A stretch of DNA of 17,717 nt from the NCBI GenBank assembly GCA_046726415.1, contig JBKPAK010000276.1:1-17717 (forward strand). Reading direction: 5' to 3'. Under the pieces are notes generated by a model that made no database searches, had not been told where the DNA came from, and saw only the letters and a list, made by a program, of their open reading frames with translations. Of the stretch, positions 1-6,514 are shown in pieces; within the stretch, counting starts at the first letter, position 1; the number at the start of each line of letters is the position of its first letter. The position numbers and the translations under genes are program-made. Source of the DNA: Candidatus Methylomirabilota bacterium. Its GTDB lineage: Bacteria; Methylomirabilota; Methylomirabilia; Rokubacteriales; CSP1-6.

Positions 1-1
1 C

Positions 2-1672
2 GTCCTGCGCCGCCGGCGCAGACCGGCCGAAGCGGAGGCGGTTCTCGCCGAGGCCCTGGAGATCGATCCCGGCTCCTCGGCTGCGTTTTTCGAGCTGGGC
101 CTCGCCCACTTCGAGCAGGCACAATTCCCCGGGGCGACCCGGGCATTCCGCGAGGCGATCCGGCTTCGGCCGGACTTCGCGAGGGCGCATCTCAACCTGG
201 GCCTCGCGCTCGAACGCCAGGGGATGTACGAGGAGGCCGAAACGGCCCTCCGGGAGGCGGTGCGCCTGCGGCCAAACGATCCCGTGGCCCTGGCCAATCT
301 GGGTACGGTTCTGCGGCGGCAGCGGCGCAGCCACGAGGCAGAGACGGTGTACCGCGAAGCGATCGAGAGCGCGGGCGATCCGGCCCTCGGCCAGGCCGAG
401 CTGGGCCGTGTGCTGTTCGAGCAACGGCGCTATGCGGAGGCTGCCGCGGCCTTCCGGGCCGCCATCCTACTGCGCCCGCGGGACGTCTACTCCCAGATCC
501 GGTTGGGCCTCTGTCTCGAACGCCTGAGCAGGCTCTCGGAGGCCGTCGCCGCATACCGGCAGGCGAGCCATCTGCGGCCCATGGATGCGAGAATTCACGA
601 GCGCATCGGCGCCGCGCTCAAAAAGCGCAGTCGGTACGCCGAGGCCGCCGAGGCCCTGCGTCAAGCGGGGAGCCTCGCCCCGACCAATCCCCACGTCCAC
701 TATCAGCTCGGGGTGGTGCTGGAGCGGCAGGGCCGGTTCGAGGAGGCGATCGGCGCCTTCCGGGAAGCGATCCGTCACCGGCCGGACCACATCTCGACCT
801 ACGTCGCGCTGGCCACGACCCTGCGGCGCCTGGGACGCTGGACCGAGGAGGCCGACGTCTATGCCGACGCCATTCGCCTCCGCCCGGACGACGCCAACCT
901 CCACGCCGAGCGTGGGCTTGCCCTGGGAAGCCTCGGTGATTACGGGCAGGCGGTCGCGTCGCTCCGGGAGGCGGTGGGTCTTCGCCCGGACGACTCGGAG
1001 CTCCACTACGAGCTTGGCGTTGCGCTGGGCCGAAACGGCAAGCACGCCGAAGCCGAGGTCGCTCTGCGCGAGGCCATTCGTCTGCAGCCGGGTTCGGTGA
1101 AGTTTCGGGCCAACCTCGCGTTGGGTCTGGGCCGTCAGGGTCGGCACGCCGAGGCAGAGGCCGCTTACCGCGAAGCCCTTGCCCTGCGGCCTGAGCACCC
1201 GGCGCTCCGCCGCGGCCTGGGCGTCTCACTCTACTGGCAGGGGCGCTATGACGACGCGGAAAAGGCCTTTGCGGACGCCATTCTGCTCAAGCCCGACTAC
1301 GTGCGGGCCCACTGCGATCTGGGCGAGATGCTCGCCGAGCGGCGGCGCTTCCACGAGTCGGAGGCGGTCTACCGTCGGGCTCTTGCCCTCGATGCCACCT
1401 ACGTGACCGCCCACGCGGCCCTCGGAGGCATCCTTCTGGCCGAGGGGCGCTTGCGCGAAGCGGAAGACCATTGCCGAGAGGCGCTGCGGACCGATCCCGC
1501 TATGGCTCGGGCTCACTACACCCTGTGGGAAGTCCTCGAACGCCAGGGCAAGTACACGGATCTCGAGGAGGCGGCTCTCGGCGTCCTGGCCATGAGACCA
1601 GATCATCCGGATGCGCAGGCCCGGCTGACCAGGGCCCGCGCGCTTCGCGCGCGCCCGGCCCCGCCTGTCTGA
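2..1672 (+). CDS. Tetratricopeptide-repeat (TPR) protein, 5'-truncated by window edge (at least 556 aa, about 16 TPRs)
   Basis: Frame 2 is open from base 2 (VLRRRRRPAEAEAVLAEALEIDPGSSAAFFELG...) through the ATG at 224 to TGA 1670-1672. About 34-aa periodicity with TPR consensus (A..NLG..L...G.Y.EA....REA.RL.P). No other domain is visible. Confidence 0.93.
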   Translation, partial: VLRRRRRPAEAEAVLAEALEIDPGSSAAFFELGLAHFEQAQFPGATRAFREAIRLRPDFARAHLNLGLALERQGMYEEAETALREAVRLRPNDPVALANLGTVLRRQRRSHEAETVYREAIESAGDPALGQAELGRVLFEQRRYAEAAAAFRAAILLRPRDVYSQIRLGLCLERLSRLSEAVAAYRQASHLRPMDARIHERIGAALKKRSRYAEAAEALRQAGSLAPTNPHVHYQLGVVLERQGRFEEAIGAFREAIRHRPDHISTYVALATTLRRLGRWTEEADVYADAIRLRPDDANLHAERGLALGSLGDYGQAVASLREAVGLRPDDSELHYELGVALGRNGKHAEAEVALREAIRLQPGSVKFRANLALGLGRQGRHAEAEAAYREALALRPEHPALRRGLGVSLYWQGRYDDAEKAFADAILLKPDYVRAHCDLGEMLAERRRFHESEAVYRRALALDATYVTAHAALGGILLAEGRLREAEDHCREALRTDPAMARAHYTLWEVLERQGKYTDLEEAALGVLAMRPDHPDAQARLTRARALRARPAPPV

Positions 1673-1679
1673 TTGAGGC

Positions 1680-1753
1680 GGCGTCACACCTCGCGCGAAA
1701 CGGGGAGGTTTGGAGGGGGTCCAGGCCCCCTCCAACATAAGAGGTGTGACACC
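1680..1753. repeat. REP/MITE-like palindromic repeat, copy A (nested inverted repeats)
   Basis: Outer IR GTCACACCTC 1683-1692 / GAGGTGTGAC 1741-1750 (12/13 when extended to 1680-1753). Inner perfect 10-bp stem TTGGAGGGGG 1710-1719 / CCCCCTCCAA 1726-1735. Matches the reverse complement of 17628-17682. Confidence 0.8.
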
Positions 1754-1799
1754 GGTCAGCGGTCACTGCGAGGGGGCCGGCCTCGGGCCTCTCTCCTTC

Positions 1800-1828
1800 T
1801 TGCCAGCGGTGGCCGCTTCGGGTAGCCT
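1800..1828 (+). promoter_or_regulatory. Putative sigma70 promoter for the 1853-2882 unit
   Basis: TTGCCA (1800-1805)-N17-TAGCCT (1823-1828). SD GGAGG at 1843-1847 precedes ATG 1853. Confidence 0.6.
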
Positions 1829-1852
1829 TGGCCAATTTCCCTGGAGGTCGTC

Positions 1853-2050
1853 ATGGCCAGACTCCCCATCGACGTCGTCGAGCGCATGGTCGCGGAGCGG
1901 CCGGACGGCACTCTCGAAGCGGCCCTCGATGTGTTCGAGGTGTTCGTCAGTGGGTCGTTGATCGACGAGGTGTACATCCTGGAGGACGTCGGCGGCAAAC
2001 GCATCGCGATCGCCCCGACCGCCCTCAAGGACCGTTACCGCAGGAGGTGA
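1853..2050 (+). CDS. Small hypothetical protein (65 aa)
   Basis: Own promoter and SD, GC3-rich codon use, globular-looking composition. Its last codons carry the SD (AGGAGGT 2042-2048) of the next gene. No family recognised. Confidence 0.82.
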   Translation: MARLPIDVVERMVAERPDGTLEAALDVFEVFVSGSLIDEVYILEDVGGKRIAIAPTALKDRYRRR

Positions 2051-2054
2051 GCTC

Positions 2055-2882
2055 ATGGCGATCGTAACGATCTCACATCAGATGGGCGCCGGGGGAGCAG
2101 AGATCGGCATGGCGCTGGCTCAGCGGCTCGGATATCACTACGTGGACCACGAACTGCTGGAGGATGCCGTGCGCCGGTACGGCGTGGCCGAGGAGAAGCT
2201 CTCGCACCTCGACGAGACCAAGCCCTCCCTCTTCGAGCGGTTCGACACCGAGACGCGCCACTACATCGTCGTGCTCCAAACGACCTTGCTCGAGTTCGCC
2301 GAGGCCGACAATGTCATCCTGATGGGCCGGGGCGGACAATGGTTGCTCCGCGGCATTCCCCACGTGCTGCGGGTGCGGATCATCGCGCCCTTCGAGCAGC
2401 GGGTTCGTCATTGGATCAGGCGGGTGGCCGCCCAGACCGGCGAGACCCCGAATCAGCGCGCGGTGGTCGATCTCATCCGACGGGACGATGGAGAGAAGGC
2501 CGGTCGCATGCGGTACCTCTACGAGGTCGACATCGTCGATCCCAACCTCTATGACCTCGTGGTCAACACCGAGCGGCTGAAGTGCGAGCCGGTCGTGGAG
2601 ATGATCGAGCGGGCCGTCCGCCGGCCCGAGATGGCCACCAGCGACGCTGGCCGGCGGGTCATCTGCTCCCGCGCTCTCGCCTCCCGCGTGCAGGTGGCGC
2701 TCGCCACCAATCCCGACACGCGCCGCTACCGCATCACGGTCGAGGCCGACGACGGCGTGGTGACCTTGGAGGGAACGGCGGCGCTCGATCGAGCGGTGGA
2801 AGTGGCGCGGGCCGTGCCGGGTGTGAGGCAGGTGAAGACCCAGCAGGTGGACATCCCGCCCATTCCGCCGTTCGTGGCGTAG
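2055..2882 (+). CDS. Cytidylate kinase-like family protein (Cytidylate_kin2-type) with C-terminal BON domain
   Basis: N-terminal IVTISHQMGAGGAEIG..LA.RLGY.Y.D, VILMGRGG, D..R..Y...DPNLYDLVVNT. C-terminal RVQVAL...ITVEADDGVVTLEG...A.EVARAVPGVRQV has the BON pattern. Confidence 0.85.
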   Translation: MAIVTISHQMGAGGAEIGMALAQRLGYHYVDHELLEDAVRRYGVAEEKLSHLDETKPSLFERFDTETRHYIVVLQTTLLEFAEADNVILMGRGGQWLLRGIPHVLRVRIIAPFEQRVRHWIRRVAAQTGETPNQRAVVDLIRRDDGEKAGRMRYLYEVDIVDPNLYDLVVNTERLKCEPVVEMIERAVRRPEMATSDAGRRVICSRALASRVQVALATNPDTRRYRITVEADDGVVTLEGTAALDRAVEVARAVPGVRQVKTQQVDIPPIPPFVA

Positions 2883-2894
2883 CGGGACGATGAG

Positions 2895-2960
2895 ATGGGG
2901 GCCTCGGCAGGGCCCCCAAGCCACGCAACGCTCGGGGCCCCGGCTCGAGCTGTGGCCCCG
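2895..2960. repeat. REP-like double hairpin, copy C; probably also acts as terminator or 3' stabiliser between convergent genes
   Basis: Stem 1 TGGGGGCC 2896-2903 / GGCCCCCA 2911-2918. Stem 2 CGGGGCC 2933-2939 / GGCCCCG 2954-2960 plus an inner CGGC/GCTG stem. The tail after stem 1 aligns with copy B. No U-tract. Confidence 0.62.
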
Positions 2961-3002
2961 CCCGATGCTCCCGTGCGCGTCGCCCGCCGGCGCTCCCCGA
3001 TT

Positions 3003-4181
3003 TCAGCGGCTGGGCGTGGGGCTGTCTGGCGCCTCGGAAACCTTCACTTCTACCCCCCGCTTCTGCCGGTTGCGGACGATTTCCAGAGCGATCGCCTTGC
3101 CAACCTCCGCATCGGCTGACAGCCGTTGGAGATGGTGATTGTCCTCGACCGGGGTCCCCCCAAAGCTGACGATCACGTCGTTGGTCTCGAGACCGGCCCC
3201 GGCGGCGGGGCTTCCCGGGTAGACGCGCGCCACGACGGCACCCCGGGGCTCGGGCAATCCCAGGGATTCCGCCAGCTCCTTGGTGAGCGGCTGGGTGGCC
3301 ACGCCGAGCCAGCCGCGCGTCACCTTGCCGCGGTCGACCAGCTGCGCCGTCACGCGCTTGACCATGTTGGCGGGGATCGCGAAACCGATGCCCTGCCCGG
3401 TGGCCACAATGGCGGTATTGATCCCGATGACCTCGCCACGGAGGTTGACGAGCGGCCCACCGGAATTGCCGGGGTTGATCGACGCGTCCGTCTGGATGAA
3501 GTTCTCGTACGTGGCGATGCCGACATCGGCGCGCCCAACGGCGCTGACCACGCCGACGGTCACGGTCTGGTCGAGCCCGAACGGGTTGCCGATGGCGATC
3601 GCCCATTCGCCTACGCGCAGGCTGTCCGAGTTGCCGAGCGGGGCCACTCTCAGTTCGGTCTGGCCCGGGTCGAAGCGGACGACGGCCAGGTCGGTCTTGG
3701 GATCGCTACCGACCACACGGCCGCGAAACTCTTCCTTCGAGGACAGGCGGATGATGACGGCATCGGCCCCGCGCACCACGTGAAAGTTCGTGATCACGTA
3801 GCCGCGCCTATCGACGATGATCCCCGAGCCGAGCCCGGGCGTGCGGAACTCGCCCGGCGCCTCGCCGGGACCGCGCCGTCCGAAAAACTGATCGAAGAAG
3901 TCCTTGAAGAAGGGATCGTCGGTGGACGGTCCCGGCGCCGATGGCGGGCGCCGCGAGCGCGCCATCTGCACCGTGCCGACTTGGACCACCGCGGGGCGCA
4001 CACGTCCGGCCACGGTGACGAACGCCTCCTGGAGCGCGTCCGCGGTGGGGATGGGTGAGGGGGCCGCGGCACCCGGTCGCGGAAGAACAGCGGTCCAGAG
4101 TCCGCGAGCCCAGAAGCCCGCCCCGGCCACGGCGACGAGCGCAACAACGAGGAGACCGGTCTTGGCGGTTCTGGGCGTCAT
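3003..4181 (-). CDS. htrA: HtrA/DegP-family serine protease (trypsin-like domain + single PDZ, N-terminal membrane anchor/signal)
   Basis: GSGIIV, ITNFHVV (His), DLAVV (Asp), IQTDASINPGNSGGPL (Ser), RGWLGV PDZ start. Hydrophobic N-terminus LLVVALVAVAGAGFW. Confidence 0.95.
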   Translation of the reverse strand: MTPRTAKTGLLVVALVAVAGAGFWARGLWTAVLPRPGAAAPSPIPTADALQEAFVTVAGRVRPAVVQVGTVQMARSRRPPSAPGPSTDDPFFKDFFDQFFGRRGPGEAPGEFRTPGLGSGIIVDRRGYVITNFHVVRGADAVIIRLSSKEEFRGRVVGSDPKTDLAVVRFDPGQTELRVAPLGNSDSLRVGEWAIAIGNPFGLDQTVTVGVVSAVGRADVGIATYENFIQTDASINPGNSGGPLVNLRGEVIGINTAIVATGQGIGFAIPANMVKRVTAQLVDRGKVTRGWLGVATQPLTKELAESLGLPEPRGAVVARVYPGSPAAGAGLETNDVIVSFGGTPVEDNHHLQRLSADAEVGKAIALEIVRNRQKRGVEVKVSEAPDSPTPSR

Positions 4182-4189
4182 GGAAGGTT

Positions 4190-4225
4190 GCGCTCAGCAT
4201 ATGAACGCTGAGCGCCGGGTGTCAA
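4190..4225 (-). promoter_or_regulatory. Putative sigma70 promoter of htrA overlapped by a 9-8-9 inverted repeat
   Basis: Minus strand TTGACA (4225-4220)-N18-TATGCT (4201-4196). Perfect IR GCGCTCAGC 4190-4198 / GCTGAGCGC 4207-4215. Confidence 0.62.
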
Positions 4226-4245
4226 ATCGTCGACGGTGACAGTCC

Positions 4246-4275
4246 TTGACCATCGAGCGAGCTGATGTGGACAAT
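4246..4275 (+). promoter_or_regulatory. Putative sigma70 promoter for the kdsC unit (back-to-back with the htrA promoter)
   Basis: TTGACC (4246-4251)-N18-GACAAT (4270-4275) in the divergent intergenic region. Confidence 0.5.
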
Positions 4276-4423
4276 GACGGCGATGCGCGAATGCGGACCG
4301 GGCGCCTCCGGAGGCGCGCGTGAAAAGCGTGCCCAACCAGAAGTTCCTTTTTCGGCCTCCCGCCTTGCAGGGGGGGGTCGGGGACTCGGCGCGCCTGGTG
4401 GTCGCGGCCGGCGGAGCTGAGGC

Positions 4424-4990
4424 GTGACCTTACCCCGACGCCGCACACCGGCACGCGCGCGCAGGATCCGCTTCCTCGTGATGGACGTCGACGGCGTGCT
4501 GACCGACGGTCGCATGGGACTCACGGAGCGCGGCGACGAGGTGAAGTTCTTCTCCTCACGCGACGGCTTGGGGCTGACCTTGGCCCGGCGCGCGGGCATC
4601 GTGACGGCCTTCGTCACGGGCGAGTCGAGCGCGATCGGTAAGGTGCGCGGCTCCCGTCTGGGCGTCGACCACGTCCTCTTGGGCGTGCGCCGCAAGGGCG
4701 AGACCGTGGAAGCGCTGATGCTCGAGCACGGAGTCACCCCGGAGGCCGTGGCCTACATGGGCGACGATCTCCTCGATCTCCCCGCGCTCCAGCGCTGCGG
4801 ATTCGCCATCGCCGTCGCCGACGCCGCGTGCGAGGTGAAGGCGGCGGCTCACCTGGTCACGCGCGCACGAGGAGGGCAGGGCGCGGTCCGCGAAGTGGTC
4901 GAATTGATCCTGCGCGCACAGGGGGTCTGGGAGACGACCGTCGACGCCTACGTCCAGGAGCACGGAGGACGACCGCTCTCATGGCGTTGA
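4424..4990 (+). CDS. kdsC: 3-deoxy-D-manno-octulosonate 8-phosphate phosphatase (KdsC/YrbI, HAD family)
   Basis: HAD motif I MDVDGVLTDG, E.K.F..RDG.G, VAYMGDDLLD, VADA, GG.GAVRE..ELIL. GTG start with GGAG at 4413-4416. Confidence 0.93.
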   Translation: MTLPRRRTPARARRIRFLVMDVDGVLTDGRMGLTERGDEVKFFSSRDGLGLTLARRAGIVTAFVTGESSAIGKVRGSRLGVDHVLLGVRRKGETVEALMLEHGVTPEAVAYMGDDLLDLPALQRCGFAIAVADAACEVKAAAHLVTRARGGQGAVREVVELILRAQGVWETTVDAYVQEHGGRPLSWR

Positions 4991-6420
4991 GCCGCCTCCG
5001 CGTGAGGCGCGCCGTCCTCGCGAGTGTGGCGCGGTTCCGGGCGGCTCTCCACCTCAACGACCCGCCCTGGCGGCTGGCGCTGTCGCTGGCCGTCGGCGTA
5101 TTCATCAGCTTCACCCCGTTCTACGGACTGCAGACCCTCCTGGCCGTCGGCTTAGCCATGGTGCTACGACTGAACCGGGCGGCCACTGTGGCGGGAACAT
5201 GGCTCAACCTGCCCTGGTTCGCCCCTCTGGTCTACGCCGGCGCGCTGCGCGTCGGTACGCTCGTGGTGCCCGACCGGGAAGGCATCCGCGGGGCCTGGCT
5301 GGCCCAGCTCCTGTCCCAGCCGGGAAGCGTCTCATGGCGGGATCTTCCCGTCCTCCTCGATCACGTCTCGCTCCCGCTATTGGTTGGCACCAGCGTCCTG
5401 GGCGGTGCGGCCGGGATCCTGACGTATGTGGTCTCCTTTCACCTGATCTCGCGCCGGCGGACGGCGCGCGAGCGGTCCCCGGAAGCCCGCTGCCCCGGGT
5501 ATGATGTAGGGCCAGGCGCGGGAGGCTCTCCGCGCGGCAAGGAGCCCACGCGCATGACTGTTCGAAAGGCGGTCTTTCCCGTGGCGGGACTGGGTACGCG
5601 CTTCCTTCCGGCCACCAAGGCCCAGCCCAAGGAAATGCTTCCCATCGTCGACAAGCCCACCATTCAGTACGTCGTGGAGGAAGCGGTCGCCTCCGGGCTG
5701 TCGGAGATCATCCTCGTGACGGGCCGCAACAAGCGGGCCATCGAGGATCACTTCGATGCGGCCTTCGAGCTGGAGTACTACCTCGCCGATCGAGGGAAGG
5801 TCGAAGAGCTGGCCCAGATCAAAACCATCTCCGAGCTGGCCTCCGTGTCGTACGTTCGCCAGAAGGAGCCGCTCGGCCTTGGCCACGCCATCCTGTGCGC
5901 GCGGCCCCTCGTGGGCGACGAGCCCTTCGGGGTGTTCCTCGGCGACGACATCATCGGCTTCGCCGACGTGCCCTGCATGCGGCAGCTCCTCGACGTCTTC
6001 CACAAGTACGGTGGCCCCGTGATCGCCGTGGAGCGCGTACCGCGGGAGCGCATCCACCAGTATGGGGTGATCGCCGGCCGCCACGTCGACGCCAACGTGT
6101 ACGAGATCACCGACCTCGTCGAGAAGCCGAGGGCCCATGAGGCCCCCTCGGATCTCGCCATCATCGGACGCTACGTCCTGACACCCGACATCTTCGCGAT
6201 CCTCTCCGAGACGATGGCCGACGCCCGCGGCGAGGTCCAGCTCACGGACGGCTTGCGCGCCCTGCGCGCCCGGCGCCCCATGTTTGCCGTGCAGTTCGAG
6301 GGCCGTCGCTACGATACCGGGGACAAGCTCGGCTTTCTCAAGGCCACCGTGGAATTCGCCCTCGCCCGTCCCGATCTCGCCGACGCGTTTCGCAACTACC
6401 TTGCGTCCCTGAAGGTCTAG
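4981..6420 (+). CDS. Uninterrupted ORF: DUF2062-like membrane domain (about 4981-5460) fused in frame to GalU
   Basis: DPPWRLALSLAVGVFISFTPFYGLQTLL...LRLNR.A...GTWLNLPW..PL.Y is the DUF2062 pattern. I read the codons across 5401-5556 and found no stop before galU. Start is ATG 4981 or TTG 4987 (TTGA overlap with the kdsC stop). Whether the fusion is expressed is uncertain. Confidence 0.7.
   Translation: MALSRLRVRRAVLASVARFRAALHLNDPPWRLALSLAVGVFISFTPFYGLQTLLAVGLAMVLRLNRAATVAGTWLNLPWFAPLVYAGALRVGTLVVPDREGIRGAWLAQLLSQPGSVSWRDLPVLLDHVSLPLLVGTSVLGGAAGILTYVVSFHLISRRRTARERSPEARCPGYDVGPGAGGSPRGKEPTRMTVRKAVFPVAGLGTRFLPATKAQPKEMLPIVDKPTIQYVVEEAVASGLSEIILVTGRNKRAIEDHFDAAFELEYYLADRGKVEELAQIKTISELASVSYVRQKEPLGLGHAILCARPLVGDEPFGVFLGDDIIGFADVPCMRQLLDVFHKYGGPVIAVERVPRERIHQYGVIAGRHVDANVYEITDLVEKPRAHEAPSDLAIIGRYVLTPDIFAILSETMADARGEVQLTDGLRALRARRPMFAVQFEGRRYDTGDKLGFLKATVEFALARPDLADAFRNYLASLKV
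5554..6420 (+). CDS. galU: UTP--glucose-1-phosphate uridylyltransferase
   Basis: RKAVFPVAGLGTRFLPATKAQPKEMLP, RQKEPLGLGHA, VEKP, GEVQLTD, RYDTGDKLG. Own SD AAGGAG at 5539-5544 before ATG 5554. Confidence 0.95.
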   Translation: MTVRKAVFPVAGLGTRFLPATKAQPKEMLPIVDKPTIQYVVEEAVASGLSEIILVTGRNKRAIEDHFDAAFELEYYLADRGKVEELAQIKTISELASVSYVRQKEPLGLGHAILCARPLVGDEPFGVFLGDDIIGFADVPCMRQLLDVFHKYGGPVIAVERVPRERIHQYGVIAGRHVDANVYEITDLVEKPRAHEAPSDLAIIGRYVLTPDIFAILSETMADARGEVQLTDGLRALRARRPMFAVQFEGRRYDTGDKLGFLKATVEFALARPDLADAFRNYLASLKV

Positions 6421-6432
6421 ATCGTCTCGGAG

Positions 6433-6476
6433 CAACGTCGGGGGACGTTGACGATCTCGAGGGGTTCTGCCACACT
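6433..6476 (+). promoter_or_regulatory. Putative sigma70 promoter of the pncB-trp unit, with a palindrome overlapping the -35
   Basis: TTGACG (6448-6453)-N17-CACACT (6471-6476) with extended -10 TG (6468-6469). IR CAACGTC 6433-6439 / GACGTTG 6444-6450. Confidence 0.6.
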
Positions 6477-6514
6477 TTCCGCACTTTCGCGCCGACGGCG
6501 AAGGCTCCGTTAAC

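Noticed and set aside
2..1672. About 102-nt periodicity as a DNA tandem repeat or CRISPR
   Set aside because: Explained by degenerate 34-aa TPR coding repeats; there is no identical repeat-spacer structure.
1770..1801. GAGGGGGCC...GGCCTCTCTC hairpin followed by TTCTT, as a terminator or repeat remnant
   Set aside because: The stem is imperfect and relies on G-U pairs and a bulge; the T-tract is short and merges with the -35 box.
4190..4215. CIRCE (HrcA) element
   Set aside because: The arms do not match TTAGCACTC and the spacer is 8 rather than 9. Kept only as an unknown operator.
4358..4395. Possible fourth copy of the G-run repeat
   Set aside because: It has G runs but no matching C-run arm or terminal motif.
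4388..4420. JUMPstart/ops-like sequence (CTGGTGG...GGCGGAGCTG) before kdsC
   Set aside because: It lacks the T of GGCGGTAG, overlaps the SD, and is expected by chance at this GC content.
4226..4423. 6S RNA, tRNA or other known ncRNA in the divergent intergenic region
   Set aside because: No cloverleaf or long rod with a central bubble is evident by eye; an Rfam search would be needed.
6477..6514. trp attenuator, T-box or NAD riboswitch ahead of pncB-trp
   Set aside because: The leader is only about 30 nt, with no Trp-codon peptide, T-box motif or terminator.
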